Positions 17,161-28,095 are shown, counted from the stretch's first letter. The stretch: 42,622 nucleotides of DNA from a virus (IMGVR_UViG_3300008004_000018:1-42622); one strand, 5' to 3'. Made by a program: numbers and translations. Notes: a model not told the origin generated them from the letters alone.

Positions 17161-17558
17161 GACCAGAACATCTTATAGATGCCAGCCACTGTAGCCGCTA
17201 TACCAGCTAACCAAGCTAATCCTTTAGCTACTATAATAGGCTTTTGCAAATCAGCCATTTGAGCAGCTACTAGTGTTTTATGCATGTCCAGCTTCTCACG
17301 TTCAATCCTATTAGCTTCTCTAAGCTCTAGAACTCCTGCAATGTGAATCTGCAGTTCTTTGTTATATTCACCTACTAGAATGTCTAGCTTTTCTAGATTC
17401 TTATCCATACGCCCAATACAATTAGCTACTTCAGTATGTTGTTCGATTTGGTCTTCTATTAAAACTTTCTGTAATTGCAGATCAGTGCGCACTTCATATA
17501 CGTCATCCTGCAAGGCATCTACTTTGTTTAATAGTCTTTCTAGTGTATTAGAGTCCAT
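17157..17558 (-). CDS. Coiled-coil protein with C-terminal transmembrane helix
   Basis: Heptad-rich body and a GLAWLAGIAATVAGIY terminus; last gene of the late operon. Confidence 0.7.
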   Translation of the reverse strand: MDSNTLERLLNKVDALQDDVYEVRTDLQLQKVLIEDQIEQHTEVANCIGRMDKNLEKLDILVGEYNKELQIHIAGVLELREANRIEREKLDMHKTLVAAQMADLQKPIIVAKGLAWLAGIAATVAGIYKMFWS

Positions 17559-17560
17559 GA

Positions 17561-19864
17561 TTATTCCTCGGAGAGTTGGTCTAGTTCCTGCCTTAAGTCA
17601 GGACGCTGCATTAATGTAAATAACAACGCATTCCGCTCTGTAGAGGATTTAGCTGCCATTGAAGTGAATAAGTTGGTTAATCTAGTTAAACCTAGAGCCT
17701 CTGCTCGTCGTTGTAAAGCCTGAAGATTTTCATTGTTCGTTATAGATTTGGCAAACTGCTTAGTATCATAAACTACCTTACCAGTAGCATTAAACGATCT
17801 ACCTATGAGCTTATCTGCTCCATCAACTGCCGTTCTAACTAAACCCCTAGGTCCGATGTCAGCTTGTGTAGTACTGTCTTTTAGATAAGGACGTATTAAG
17901 TCTAGCTCTTCAGCTAAAGGCTCGGCCTTCTTTAGGAAGGTGTCAGTAGCCTCATCTCCTAGTAGAGGTCTTGTATCGTCTAGCAAGCTTTGTAATCTAG
18001 TGCCTTGAGATGCTTTGTCTGATACTTTAACTTGTTGCTCTAGCGCGTCTGATACTTGTCTAATAGCAGCGTCTGGAGTTAGCTCTGAAGTACCGCCCCG
18101 GATAGGGTCGGTTTGTCTAAGTTTAAGTTTGTTGACTAAGTTTCTTATCGGAGTCTCTTGTGCTCTAGTCGCATCGTCCATTGCATTAATAGCATCGTCT
18201 GCTAGCTGACTTGCTGGGTATCTAGCTTTTAATGCTCGTAGAGCCTCTGCTGTATTTCTAGCTTGCCCTAATACTGCACTTACTTCAGAGCCTTCAGTAC
18301 CTAACTCTCTAGCTAGACTATCTAAATCATCGGCTGCGAATAAGCCTTCATCTACACCCAAGCGTCTAAATAGCTTCTCTCTAGCTGAGCGGCCTTTGAT
18401 AAGAGATGCGGCGTCATCTCCAGCTATTGATAGTGTATCTTTAGCCTGCTGCAAGGCTCCCCATTGTTTATTAACTTTACCTAGTTCTTGAGCTAGATCA
18501 TCAGCGCCCTGCGTACTCAGGTCTTGTGAGATTCTATCTACTACACTAGAACGTAGTTGAGCTAACTCAGCTTTTACAGGACCAGCTCCTTGTTTAGAAT
18601 ATTCAGAGATTAATTCGTCTATTGTGGACTTTAACGCCTTTGCATCTTTAAAGCCGACTTCTCCAGTAAAGTTATCATTTCTAAGAGTCTCTACAATACG
18701 GCTCTTCTCGCTATCTGGTAAGCGTCTTAAAGCAGAAGTGCCTTTGGGATCATACATTTTAGAAATAAAGCCTTCGGTATCCTGAGCAGGTCTAAACTTA
18801 AGACCTCTAGAGTCAGCAGTATCTTCTATAACATTGAATAACCCTTTTAAGGACTTCTCAGTGCCGCGTACCGCGTCATCCGCTTGATCGGCTAATGCGG
18901 CTAGCTTAGCTTGTGTTCCAGCTTTTTTAAGCTCCCTATCAGCTTGCAGTAAGCTCTTATTACCTTCAAACTGCCTAAAGAAATCAGAAACTTTCTGCCC
19001 AGCTTTCTTGGTATAATCAGCTACTTCGTTAAAGTATTTAGATTCCGTAGCATCGAACGCAGCTTTATCCATTACGGACTTGCCTTTTTCAGCTCCATGC
19101 CTGTACAACTGCCCCATAGTAGTTCCGAAAGGAGAATCTCCTATTACTCTACCAGCCCCTAATAAGGTCTTGGCTGCTAGCGCTCCTGTTCCGCCTAGTA
19201 GCGCACTTTGTACTAAGTCATCTTCGCCGCCCGCAGCTAGATCTAGTCCAGCTCCTATTGCAGCTCCTGTGCCGCCAGCTGTAGCTAATTTTTTAGCTTT
19301 ATCTGCAAACGTAGCGCCTCTTCCCATAGACCCGAATAATGCTGGCATAGCTGCGCTCAAGACTGCGCCTCCTGCTGCTCCCTTTAACGTATCTCCAGCT
19401 ACTCCAGCAGCAGAATCTTCTACGCTAGACCCAGCCGCATATAGTCCGCCTAGCTTAGCGCCTGCTTTAGCTCCCGCAGCTAGTTTTGCGCCCATAGTTG
19501 CGCCCTTAGCAAGTTTAGCTGCGCCTAATCCTGGGATAAGCATGGTTCCAATACCGCCGCCTAGTTCTCCAGCTCCGTATGTCAATGGATTAGCTTCTTG
19601 AGCAGTCGCAAAGTTCTTACGGGATTCATCCCTAGCTTGTTCATAAGTCTTATCAGTAAATAAGGACTCTATACCGCCTGCAATTTCATCAGCAAAGCCT
19701 AATGTAGCTCCTTGCAGTAAGCCGCGTGCTCCAGACTCCAGTCCGCTGACTTCTTGAGACTCTTCTAATGGCTCTAGCTCTAAAGGTTCAAGATCTAGTT
19801 CCGCTTGAGATTCTTCGATAGGCTCTAGGTCTAGAGGTTCAAGATCTAACTTAACATCAGACAT
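17561..19864 (-). CDS. Internal virion (ejection/DNA-transfer) protein
   Basis: RGLLQGATLGFADEI motif, Gly/Ala-rich hydrophobic segments, N-terminal LDLEP repeats, position after tail genes. Confidence 0.7.
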   Translation of the reverse strand: MSDVKLDLEPLDLEPIEESQAELDLEPLELEPLEESQEVSGLESGARGLLQGATLGFADEIAGGIESLFTDKTYEQARDESRKNFATAQEANPLTYGAGELGGGIGTMLIPGLGAAKLAKGATMGAKLAAGAKAGAKLGGLYAAGSSVEDSAAGVAGDTLKGAAGGAVLSAAMPALFGSMGRGATFADKAKKLATAGGTGAAIGAGLDLAAGGEDDLVQSALLGGTGALAAKTLLGAGRVIGDSPFGTTMGQLYRHGAEKGKSVMDKAAFDATESKYFNEVADYTKKAGQKVSDFFRQFEGNKSLLQADRELKKAGTQAKLAALADQADDAVRGTEKSLKGLFNVIEDTADSRGLKFRPAQDTEGFISKMYDPKGTSALRRLPDSEKSRIVETLRNDNFTGEVGFKDAKALKSTIDELISEYSKQGAGPVKAELAQLRSSVVDRISQDLSTQGADDLAQELGKVNKQWGALQQAKDTLSIAGDDAASLIKGRSAREKLFRRLGVDEGLFAADDLDSLARELGTEGSEVSAVLGQARNTAEALRALKARYPASQLADDAINAMDDATRAQETPIRNLVNKLKLRQTDPIRGGTSELTPDAAIRQVSDALEQQVKVSDKASQGTRLQSLLDDTRPLLGDEATDTFLKKAEPLAEELDLIRPYLKDSTTQADIGPRGLVRTAVDGADKLIGRSFNATGKVVYDTKQFAKSITNNENLQALQRRAEALGLTRLTNLFTSMAAKSSTERNALLFTLMQRPDLRQELDQLSEE

Positions 19865-21423
19865 TACTTTACTTCCTTGTATCCTTGTTTTAAGGCTGCG
19901 TCTAGTTGAGCTTTTGGAAGCCTAAATTGTTTACCGTCTTTTTCCACTACAACTTTTTCTGCGCTGCTTGCTCCTGCTGTAGAGTCATTTGAAGCTGCGC
20001 TTCTTTGCAGAGGTTGCGCGTTGAACTCCGAGTCAATAAATTGCAAAGCATACTCAAAAGGAATTTCTTCTCTTCTAGAAAATAATCTAGCTTCATCGTC
20101 TACTAAGCCTCTAATCTTATCTTTAGATGCCTGTTTAGTTATTTCCATTAAGCGCTTGATGTTATCATAGCTAGCTTTAGTTACTTGACCACTCTTAATC
20201 TTAAGTAAGCTGTCCATTAAACCTTCTACTAAGGCTGGATTTTTTACGTACCTAGTAACGTCTGCTTCTGTCAATACGCCAACTTCACCTGCAATGCCTT
20301 TAGCAATAGTAGGTCCTAGCATGGCTAGTGACTGGCCGCCTTTTTCGTATGCGTCATCTAACAGAGGCGTAATTCTTTCAACTCCGTCTAATCTAGTGAC
20401 GGCTTCTTTGTAACCGGGTTTACTTCTTAAATCCTTCAGAGTATTTCTGGCGTCGTCTTGGAACTTCTGAGTTTTAGAGTGTCCGAATTTATCTGTCAAT
20501 CTACTCTCAGTTTTACGAGCTTTATCTAGCATACCTAGCCTATACTGCGCCATAATCTGCTCATATGGACTCATTTGAGACTTCTTCTCTGCTGAGGATA
20601 TTTGTTGTAGCATTGGTAGCGTTTTCTGTATTTGCGCGGCAGATAGCTTATCGAAGCCTTCTGGGATTTTGCCTCTTAGTAGCTTACCAGCCAGTTCTCT
20701 ATATTGAGCTGATACTGGAGAAGCGGGGTCCTGCATCTGCTCTTCAGGCTTAAGCTTCATATCTTCGGTAAGCTCTTGCATAGGCAACTCAGCTCGTTTA
20801 GCTAACTCTTCAGCTCGGCTAAAATCAGGTTTATAAGCACGATCTCCACCACTAGTTAACATACCTTCACTGATAATATTACTAAGTCTTTCAGCGTCAG
20901 CTAGTACCATTTCTTCACGTCTAGCCTTTTGAGCTGCGTCTACTAAGGACTGTCTGCTAGGCTCTCCGCTGAGCATTGACATAATATTACCTACAGGACT
21001 CGCCTGAGGCTCTACGTTGCCTTCTACGGGACTTTTAATAGGCGAGGCAACTGGTGGCTGGTCATTAGCTGGAAGCTCACCTGAGGGAGCCTGAGGCATC
21101 TGAGCGCCCATTGCTGAAAGCTTAGCGTTACTTAGGTACATCTCCTCGTTAGGGTCCCTTGTTAGAGAAGCTGTAGGAGCTAAAGGCATAGTAGCCATCT
21201 CTGGGACCGCTTCTACCGGAGGAGCAGCTAGCTCTTCCTCAGTCATGGAGGCTGGAGCTGGGGGTACTAATCCAGCTAGGGATTGGAATCGGCTATTGAA
21301 CTCTGGAGTACTAGGATATCCCTGAATTAAACTAGGCGTAGCCGTAGCTTCTAGTTCAACTAGCTCTTCCTCAGTCATGTCCTCAGGATTCTTATTAAAT
21401 TTGAAAGCGTCTTCGATAGCCAT
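19864..21423 (-). CDS. Internal virion (ejection) protein
   Basis: Pro-rich disordered N-terminus, helical C-terminus with GVLTEAD, ends AALKQGYKEVK; lies in the ejection cluster. Confidence 0.62.
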   Translation of the reverse strand: MAIEDAFKFNKNPEDMTEEELVELEATATPSLIQGYPSTPEFNSRFQSLAGLVPPAPASMTEEELAAPPVEAVPEMATMPLAPTASLTRDPNEEMYLSNAKLSAMGAQMPQAPSGELPANDQPPVASPIKSPVEGNVEPQASPVGNIMSMLSGEPSRQSLVDAAQKARREEMVLADAERLSNIISEGMLTSGGDRAYKPDFSRAEELAKRAELPMQELTEDMKLKPEEQMQDPASPVSAQYRELAGKLLRGKIPEGFDKLSAAQIQKTLPMLQQISSAEKKSQMSPYEQIMAQYRLGMLDKARKTESRLTDKFGHSKTQKFQDDARNTLKDLRSKPGYKEAVTRLDGVERITPLLDDAYEKGGQSLAMLGPTIAKGIAGEVGVLTEADVTRYVKNPALVEGLMDSLLKIKSGQVTKASYDNIKRLMEITKQASKDKIRGLVDDEARLFSRREEIPFEYALQFIDSEFNAQPLQRSAASNDSTAGASSAEKVVVEKDGKQFRLPKAQLDAALKQGYKEVK

Positions 21424-21432
21424 GCTTATTCC

Positions 21433-22476
21433 TTATGATCGCACTCCGTAGGGATTAGTGCTAGATTGAACTTTTTTAGTTAAGTCTTTATTCTCCGTAG
21501 GCTCGGAGTCCCCAAATAAGTTAGTCTTATTCAAGATATCTATTCCAGTGTTGATACCCCCTGATATAGCTTTGCTAGTATTGTCCGCTCCGGTTCTAGA
21601 TCTGTCAGCTTCTCCTGAAGCTGCATCATACTTAGTTCTAGATATAACATTCTGGTAATCGGCAGCTTTGCCTCTACCACCTACTAACTGATCTGCTTGC
21701 TTATTACGAAGATCTAGATTTCCAGTAGTAACATTTCTAAGCACTCCGGCACGACCTTCGCCTGCTCGGTTAGTAGCTCCTACATTTCTTGTGTTAGCGT
21801 CAGCTCGGTACTTAGTATTGAACTGATTAATGCTATCTCTAGCTTGAGCTACATTAGCAGCTTCTGAGTAATCCTGTCCTCTAATATTACCTGCCATGTT
21901 ACCTGATTGTAGCACAGCTTCCATAGCGCGTCTATCTCTTTGTGCTGCTAAGTTCTGAGCTTCTTGAGCTGCACCTGAGTAGGCACTGCCTGCAGCAGCC
22001 ATTTGAGCTGCTAGAGTATCTCCAGCGCCTAAGCGTCCTTGCCTAGCGGCTTGTTGTAGCACTGCTCCTTGTGCACCTTGGTTAGCAGCGCCTGCGGCAT
22101 TCATAATTTCATTACGAGCTACTTCTTCTTCAATAGTCAATCCTTCTTGGCCTCTACGAGTCATGGCAGCTAGTGCGTCCATTTGAGCTTGTTTGAAGGT
22201 AGGATCTAACGTGATGTTAGCTAACTCAGTGTCCCCCATTTGCTCAGCGACTTCCATCTGAGGATCATAGAACTCTAGGTCCGCTGCATTTAATTGCTCA
22301 TAATCAGCTACATAATCTTCAGGAGATAATGCATTATTCTGCATATCTTGTACATATTTAGCTAAGGCGGCTCGTTGAGCTTCTTCGGCTTTCTTCTTAG
22401 CGTTGCTACCAATAAGGCCGCTGGCTAAGCTGCCTAAGCCTTTTAGCCCTGCTGTTGCTAGTAATGGTAATGCCAT
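21433..22476 (-). CDS. Internal virion (pilot/ejection) protein
   Basis: MALPLLATAGLKGLGSLASGLIG hydrophobic Gly-rich start and A/Q-rich helices. Confidence 0.68.
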   Translation of the reverse strand: MALPLLATAGLKGLGSLASGLIGSNAKKKAEEAQRAALAKYVQDMQNNALSPEDYVADYEQLNAADLEFYDPQMEVAEQMGDTELANITLDPTFKQAQMDALAAMTRRGQEGLTIEEEVARNEIMNAAGAANQGAQGAVLQQAARQGRLGAGDTLAAQMAAAGSAYSGAAQEAQNLAAQRDRRAMEAVLQSGNMAGNIRGQDYSEAANVAQARDSINQFNTKYRADANTRNVGATNRAGEGRAGVLRNVTTGNLDLRNKQADQLVGGRGKAADYQNVISRTKYDAASGEADRSRTGADNTSKAISGGINTGIDILNKTNLFGDSEPTENKDLTKKVQSSTNPYGVRS

Positions 22477-22488
22477 GCGATCTTCTCC

Positions 22489-24393
22489 TTAGTATATGCC
22501 TGTAGTTACAGGCTTCAAGTCTGTTCTAATGTCCTCATAGGAAATACCTTTTCCATATGAATTTTGTAGTGCTGAGATAGCTGCGTTCTTAGTTTGAGCA
22601 TTGGTTAATCCTTGGTCAACTACGGATCGCGTCGCGTTTCCAAGAGCATTAGACGCTGCATTGAAGGATCTACTCAGCTCTTTTGGAAGAGTGGGCTGTC
22701 TGCGACCTGCAAATGAATTTCTATATGCGTCCACTGCTGCAGCTTGTTTTTGGTACTCGGCTGCAGCATTTCGAAACCCTTCCTGTTGTTGTGGGTCTAA
22801 TCTTGACAGCATTGATTCAATAGTACGCCCGCCTCCAGCCTTAGCTTCATTAAACACGTCATTACGAGCAGACTGGAAATTAGATGCATAGTGCTGAGCG
22901 CCTTCAACGTCTCCCGAAACTCCCTTGAGTCTTTCGAAGTTCTGACCAATAGCCGGATTAGTAAACACGTCTCCGAGATTAGCCACGCTGCTGTTGTACT
23001 GCATAGCGTCTGTGGGATCGAACTCTTGTATACCTTCTATATTCTCAATAGAAGCGTTGCCAGCCATCATATCTTGAATTTGTTGAGAGTCTACACCCTC
23101 TAGAGCTTCTACTGGTAGATTAAGCATATTAGCTAGAGCATTAACCTTAGCAGCTCGTTCCCTATCTACAGTCTCAAGTCCTATATCTTGTGCAGCTGTT
23201 AGTCTGTTAGTAATGTCGAATCCTAGCTTAGACTCCGGGTCGGCATTGGCTTGCATAAACTTATCTACTGGTATGAGATTACCGCCGCCTAAGTCTACCA
23301 TCTGACCTTGTAGAGTATCTACTACGTTAACTCCAGAGCGTCTAAGCGCTTCTACTTGACCAACTCCAGTAACGCTGTCAGCAGCTGCCATTGATTCAGC
23401 ATTTGCAAATAACTGCGCTTGGCTAGCGAGTAGCTCTTGCTTCATCTCGTTAGCATTACGCTCAATCTGTCCGATTAAGCCTTCAGCTTCTTCAGTACCA
23501 ATAAGTCCTGCATTAACAGCCTCCATAACCTTAGCTTTTTCAGTCTGTAAGTTAGTCTCTAGATCAGTAGCTTGTTGTTGTAGGTTCATAGCCTGTACGC
23601 GCTGAGACTCTTGTTGTAATCTCTGCATGTTGGTATCAGTTCCAGTTAAGGCAGTATCTAGGGCCGATTCGCCTCTGCTGTATGTATTAGGTCTATTAGC
23701 TACTCTCTTAAGAGCTTCTTGTCTACCCGCTTCTGAGGTCAAGCTACGTGCAAACTCATTGGCTTCTTGTACTTGGCCAAGTCTGTCAACCTGGCCTTCT
23801 ACGTTTACATTCTCTAGGCCGCGCTTAGCTTCATCTCCAGCCATTACACCTGATTGGATAGTACCTTGCAGGTTAGTAGCTTGTTGTTGCCAAGCGGTAG
23901 GCTGGCCAGCTTCTGGAGCTGCTTGTTGAGGTTGAGCTTCTTGTTGAGCTGGTGCTTGCTCTGGCTGATTAGGCTGCGTGCCATCGTCCTGTAAAGCTCT
24001 GAAATCAGTAACAGCTCCGCTAGCTGCTCCGATCTTGCCCATAGCTGTATCCTGAATGCCTGTGGTCGCTCCTGTTAAACGATCTTGCTCTCCCGTGATA
24101 TTTTGTTGGGCGGTATCTGAACGCTGCTGTGAGGCTCCCTGGAGCTTCTGAGTGGTTTGTGCTGAGCCTCTCTTGTTACCTTCCATGTAGTTACGAAGGT
24201 TAGTAAAGGAGCCTGATCTGGAGCCTTCGCGTCCTGCAAAGGAGCCTCCGCCAGATTGAGTCTGACCGCTGCTTACTCCGCCAGTAGTTCCGCCAGCCGT
24301 AGCTGAGTCGCCACTAGTGGTCTGTAGAGAGTTTCCGCCAGCCTGCTGACCCTGCTCTTCTTCTAGTAAGTTCTTGTCTTTTATAGTAGGCAC
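22489..24393 (-). CDS. Putative internal virion protein
   Basis: 634 aa, G/Q/A-rich, SGSFTNLRNY motif, predicted helical or disordered; follows the nozzle gene. Confidence 0.6.
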   Translation of the reverse strand: MPTIKDKNLLEEEQGQQAGGNSLQTTSGDSATAGGTTGGVSSGQTQSGGGSFAGREGSRSGSFTNLRNYMEGNKRGSAQTTQKLQGASQQRSDTAQQNITGEQDRLTGATTGIQDTAMGKIGAASGAVTDFRALQDDGTQPNQPEQAPAQQEAQPQQAAPEAGQPTAWQQQATNLQGTIQSGVMAGDEAKRGLENVNVEGQVDRLGQVQEANEFARSLTSEAGRQEALKRVANRPNTYSRGESALDTALTGTDTNMQRLQQESQRVQAMNLQQQATDLETNLQTEKAKVMEAVNAGLIGTEEAEGLIGQIERNANEMKQELLASQAQLFANAESMAAADSVTGVGQVEALRRSGVNVVDTLQGQMVDLGGGNLIPVDKFMQANADPESKLGFDITNRLTAAQDIGLETVDRERAAKVNALANMLNLPVEALEGVDSQQIQDMMAGNASIENIEGIQEFDPTDAMQYNSSVANLGDVFTNPAIGQNFERLKGVSGDVEGAQHYASNFQSARNDVFNEAKAGGGRTIESMLSRLDPQQQEGFRNAAAEYQKQAAAVDAYRNSFAGRRQPTLPKELSRSFNAASNALGNATRSVVDQGLTNAQTKNAAISALQNSYGKGISYEDIRTDLKPVTTGIY

Positions 24394-24420
24394 TAGTTTA
24401 ACTCCTAACTCTTAGTTTGT

Positions 24421-24834
24421 TTACTCGTTTAGTAATATCAGCTTGATACGATACTGACTGGTTCCGGTTAATCCGGTTATATTGTTGATTCTTATACTCT
24501 TAAGTCCGTTGGATTCTACGTTAGAGAACTCTACGAACGGGGCTCCTGTTAGAGTAGCTGTGGAGTTGGTTAAGTTAGTCACTCTAGATACTAGGACGCT
24601 ATCACAGAAGTTTAGGTTAGTTCTTAGAGTTAGCGGTAAATCATTATCGGGAGTTACTGTAATTACTTTAACTTCGCCATCTAGGTTATCTGTGATATTT
24701 AGTCGCTTATCTAAAGATACTAGGAGGTTATCTAGGAACGGATTGAGCGTGAATGCCAACTTGTTCACTAAGTTACTATATTCCTGCGGAAAGTCCTCGG
24801 CTAGAATCTTACTGATCTTTCTAATCTTAGCCAT
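24421..24834 (-). CDS. Putative virion/tail-associated protein
   Basis: 137-aa ORF coupled to the nozzle gene stop. Confidence 0.6.
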   Translation of the reverse strand: MAKIRKISKILAEDFPQEYSNLVNKLAFTLNPFLDNLLVSLDKRLNITDNLDGEVKVITVTPDNDLPLTLRTNLNFCDSVLVSRVTNLTNSTATLTGAPFVEFSNVESNGLKSIRINNITGLTGTSQYRIKLILLNE

Positions 24835-27800
24835 TAGGGATCTCCTGTCCTATCTGATACCATTCTGTAATACAAAGCTATCCCCTCTAGTTCCCACTTT
24901 TCCCTGGCAACTGAGGTTTTATATGTTACGTTTAGCAGCCTGCATCTCTGCTTATTTCTAGGTATGATCGTTCGCATAGCCTCTTCGTAGGGATCGCCTC
25001 CCCAAGCTAGCTCGCCCCATGAGAACATACCCCAGTTACCGAATAGGTTAATTTCAATGCTAGTAGTGTCTTCAGTTCGACTAGTCTCTGAATTAAATAT
25101 TAAGCTAATCTCAGAGCCTCTATAGTCATCGAACATCACATGCGCTTGCCTAAAGTGTTTAGTAGCTGCTGGATTGCCCGCGTGTACTGGGGCATAAGTA
25201 ACTTTCTTTTCGTAGCCATCATACACTATAGCCGAGTCTACTTGGAATCTAAGATTCCTGTTCATAGTAACTAATAGATTATCTGTATCTACAGCTACAA
25301 CTTCAGACTCTAGCTCGTAGCTATATGTCGTAGACCCTGAAGGGGTTACTACGGTTCTAGATAAGGACTGTTCGATAATATCGCCTACCTGAATGTTTGT
25401 AATTATATCTACTTCTAGGGATACGGGAACTTCTCTATTAAGAGCACTCCAAGTTCCAGTAGTTCCAGCTCCAGTGACCGCTGCTGGAATAGTGAAGGTA
25501 TTGGAGTCAATTATGGTAATTTCGTACTCTACGTCGTCGATGCTAGGGATAGCGTCGCAGTCTCTGATGGTAATGATATCGCCGTTCTCAAGTCCATGGT
25601 TAGTTGCGGTTATAATTGCAGGACTAGTTGCCTGTACTTGAGTTATCTGATTACTTACAGCCGTTACATTTATATTATGCTGCCTATCGGCATGGTCTTT
25701 ATAATTAAATTCTTTACGCTCTTGTTCCATGTAGTTTGTGTCAGACGCGCCTAGATAGAGCTTATCGTCAAAAGAATTAACAATACCGCAAGTCTTACTC
25801 AAGTCCCAAGTAGTCCAAGCCTCTGTTATGGTGTTATATACAAACGCTATAGTGGCGGTAGTATCAGCCTCATCTTTGACTGTAAATAATATATACTTCC
25901 TATCTGATTGATAAGCCACTCCAAAAGTAGCTGTAGAGAAGGAAGTAAAATCCGGGTCTAGTAGATTTAATAACTGGTCCTCGATCTGCCTACTTACAAT
26001 GCTAACTCCAGTATCTGATACCGAAGTGATGCCTTGATCTGTAAATACATAAATAGTATTGTTTAAGGTAGCTACTGACTCTCTAGCTTCAATTTTAGCG
26101 GTCTGGTCGAATCCACTTAAGTTCAGCTGTTGTGGAGTACTTCCAGTAACACGGAATATGCCTTCAGTAGTAAATACAAAGAGGCTATCCCTAAGAGCTT
26201 TAATTCTAACGATTTCAGTATCGCCTCCTCCTACCCTAAAGAAGTTTAAGGCTGGTACGGCTTCAGGCTCATTCAATTTAGAATAATATAGCCTGTTAGT
26301 TTTCTCATTGTTTTCGGAGTTAGTTGCATTGGTCAAGGCTGGGTTAAAAGCTGAGAAGCCGCCGCTAAAAGCGTTAAAAGCCTGTAGGGTAAATCCGCCG
26401 TCGTTCAATTCACGACTCTCTATAACTATTTTACCTGGGGGATCATTAGGCATAGATACATAAGAAGATGTAACAATAGAGTTAGCAGTAGCTCCATTGA
26501 TAGCTCGTATGATACTCCTAGCAGTATCTTCGATGTTCTCGGCTACTGTACCTGATGTGAATTTCTTAGCTACTCCACTAGCTAGGTTTTCACTGCTAGC
26601 AAAGGTTATATCAAATGTAGTAGAGCTTCCAGTAAAGGTGACTGTAGTGTTAGTGTCTGTAACGGTTCCAGCGCTGCCTGCTCCAGACGTAGTGACTGGT
26701 ACTGAAAATGTAGTCGCTGATAATACAGTGACTACTCTAGTGCCATCAATTACTGGAGTGGAATTAGTGCCAGTGATATCTACTGACTGTCCTGAAGTGA
26801 GTCCGTGAGCTTCTGAAGTAGTGACTACGGCTGCTGTGTCCACTGAGATAGTGCTAATGGTATACTCAGGTAAGATGAAGTCTAATCCGGTTAAGTCTAG
26901 GCTGAATTGATGCCTAGTCTTGGTATTAGCATAGAATGTAATGTTATTATAAAGCGCTATATCCTTAGCAAAAGGAGGTTGCGTATTAGCTTGCCCGTCG
27001 CCCTCTTGAGTGTCGTTTTGATAAAAAGCTGCGCCTCTATACAAGTCTAGTTGTATATCAAGTACACTAAGCTCCCCAGCTGCTAAGTCTGCGTAGCTAG
27101 GATTGTCTTCATAAACAAGTTGATAATCTTCTGAAGGAGGAGTAGCCTCATCTGGAGAACCACTAGTTCTGTATATCTGATAGAAGTGTGCTGTAGTTAT
27201 GTTCTCAGGGATGCTGATAGTAAGCTTAGTAGCTTGTGCAATTCCAGCATTAGGGTTAGTAATAAACGACCTACTAGAGCCAGCCCCTAGAATTAGGTTG
27301 TTGTTAGCATCCTTGATGCCCCATACTACTCTATAGCCTCGTTGCTGATCGTCTGCGAACCAGTTAGCTGAGGTAGTATTATCTAACTCTACGGTAAAGT
27401 CTAGTGCTTTAGGAACACCTGCTGGTACTATAGTTGAGTTGAAGGCATCTAATTTCTTAACACCTTCTTTAGTAGTAAAGTATAAGTTACCATTAACCTC
27501 AGCGCTTTGTATTTTAACGCCACTGTCGGGCTCTAGGATGTCGTTAGCTGTGGCCTCTAATAAGAAGCTGTCCCCTGTGTCTGGACTAACAGCCGGGGCG
27601 CTAGCTGCTGTATAAGTAAACTCGGTAGTGCTAGTCACTGTAGCGGTAAAGCTGCCGTTGTACTCTGCGTCAGCAGCTCCCGCAATAACCACTGAATCTC
27701 CAGTAGCAAGTCCGTGAGCTGATATGGTAGCAGCCGTAACCGCAGTCCCTGTAGAAGTGAGGCTAGACAGCTCTAAAAGCCGTAGTTCTGAAGCTTTGGT

Positions 27801-28085
27801 AAAACTCTCGCCTCCAGGCGTGTTCTGACGCTCTAGGAAGCCCGTGGTTGCATTTGTTTCATACTGTCTTAGGATTCTATCATCGTAGGATAAAAGTTGA
27901 TTCAGGGTCGTTGTAGAGCTTCCTACGGCATCTCCGAAAAGCTTGAAGCCTCTGCGAGGTTCGATGAGGTCATCCTTGTCAATGACTACGTTCTTAGCCT
28001 CTAGAAGGGCTCCATCAGGTACAGCAGACTTATTGTTTGCCTGTGTGTATATACCTTTAGCTTTTAATACCAGCCTGTCTGCCAC
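24834..28085 (-). CDS. Tail nozzle/stabilisation protein (tail tubular B-like) with three inserted small beta-barrel repeats
   Basis: 1083 aa; AKNVVID..PRRG start, NRLYYSKLNEPEA, LFVFT.EGIFRVTG, VYNT.TEAWTTW beta-propeller-type motifs, and three HGLxxG repeats. Confidence 0.72.
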   Translation of the reverse strand: MADRLVLKAKGIYTQANNKSAVPDGALLEAKNVVIDKDDLIEPRRGFKLFGDAVGSSTTTLNQLLSYDDRILRQYETNATTGFLERQNTPGGESFTKASELRLLELSSLTSTGTAVTAATISAHGLATGDSVVIAGAADAEYNGSFTATVTSTTEFTYTAASAPAVSPDTGDSFLLEATANDILEPDSGVKIQSAEVNGNLYFTTKEGVKKLDAFNSTIVPAGVPKALDFTVELDNTTSANWFADDQQRGYRVVWGIKDANNNLILGAGSSRSFITNPNAGIAQATKLTISIPENITTAHFYQIYRTSGSPDEATPPSEDYQLVYEDNPSYADLAAGELSVLDIQLDLYRGAAFYQNDTQEGDGQANTQPPFAKDIALYNNITFYANTKTRHQFSLDLTGLDFILPEYTISTISVDTAAVVTTSEAHGLTSGQSVDITGTNSTPVIDGTRVVTVLSATTFSVPVTTSGAGSAGTVTDTNTTVTFTGSSTTFDITFASSENLASGVAKKFTSGTVAENIEDTARSIIRAINGATANSIVTSSYVSMPNDPPGKIVIESRELNDGGFTLQAFNAFSGGFSAFNPALTNATNSENNEKTNRLYYSKLNEPEAVPALNFFRVGGGDTEIVRIKALRDSLFVFTTEGIFRVTGSTPQQLNLSGFDQTAKIEARESVATLNNTIYVFTDQGITSVSDTGVSIVSRQIEDQLLNLLDPDFTSFSTATFGVAYQSDRKYILFTVKDEADTTATIAFVYNTITEAWTTWDLSKTCGIVNSFDDKLYLGASDTNYMEQERKEFNYKDHADRQHNINVTAVSNQITQVQATSPAIITATNHGLENGDIITIRDCDAIPSIDDVEYEITIIDSNTFTIPAAVTGAGTTGTWSALNREVPVSLEVDIITNIQVGDIIEQSLSRTVVTPSGSTTYSYELESEVVAVDTDNLLVTMNRNLRFQVDSAIVYDGYEKKVTYAPVHAGNPAATKHFRQAHVMFDDYRGSEISLIFNSETSRTEDTTSIEINLFGNWGMFSWGELAWGGDPYEEAMRTIIPRNKQRCRLLNVTYKTSVAREKWELEGIALYYRMVSDRTGDP

Positions 28086-28095
28086 GGTATACTCC

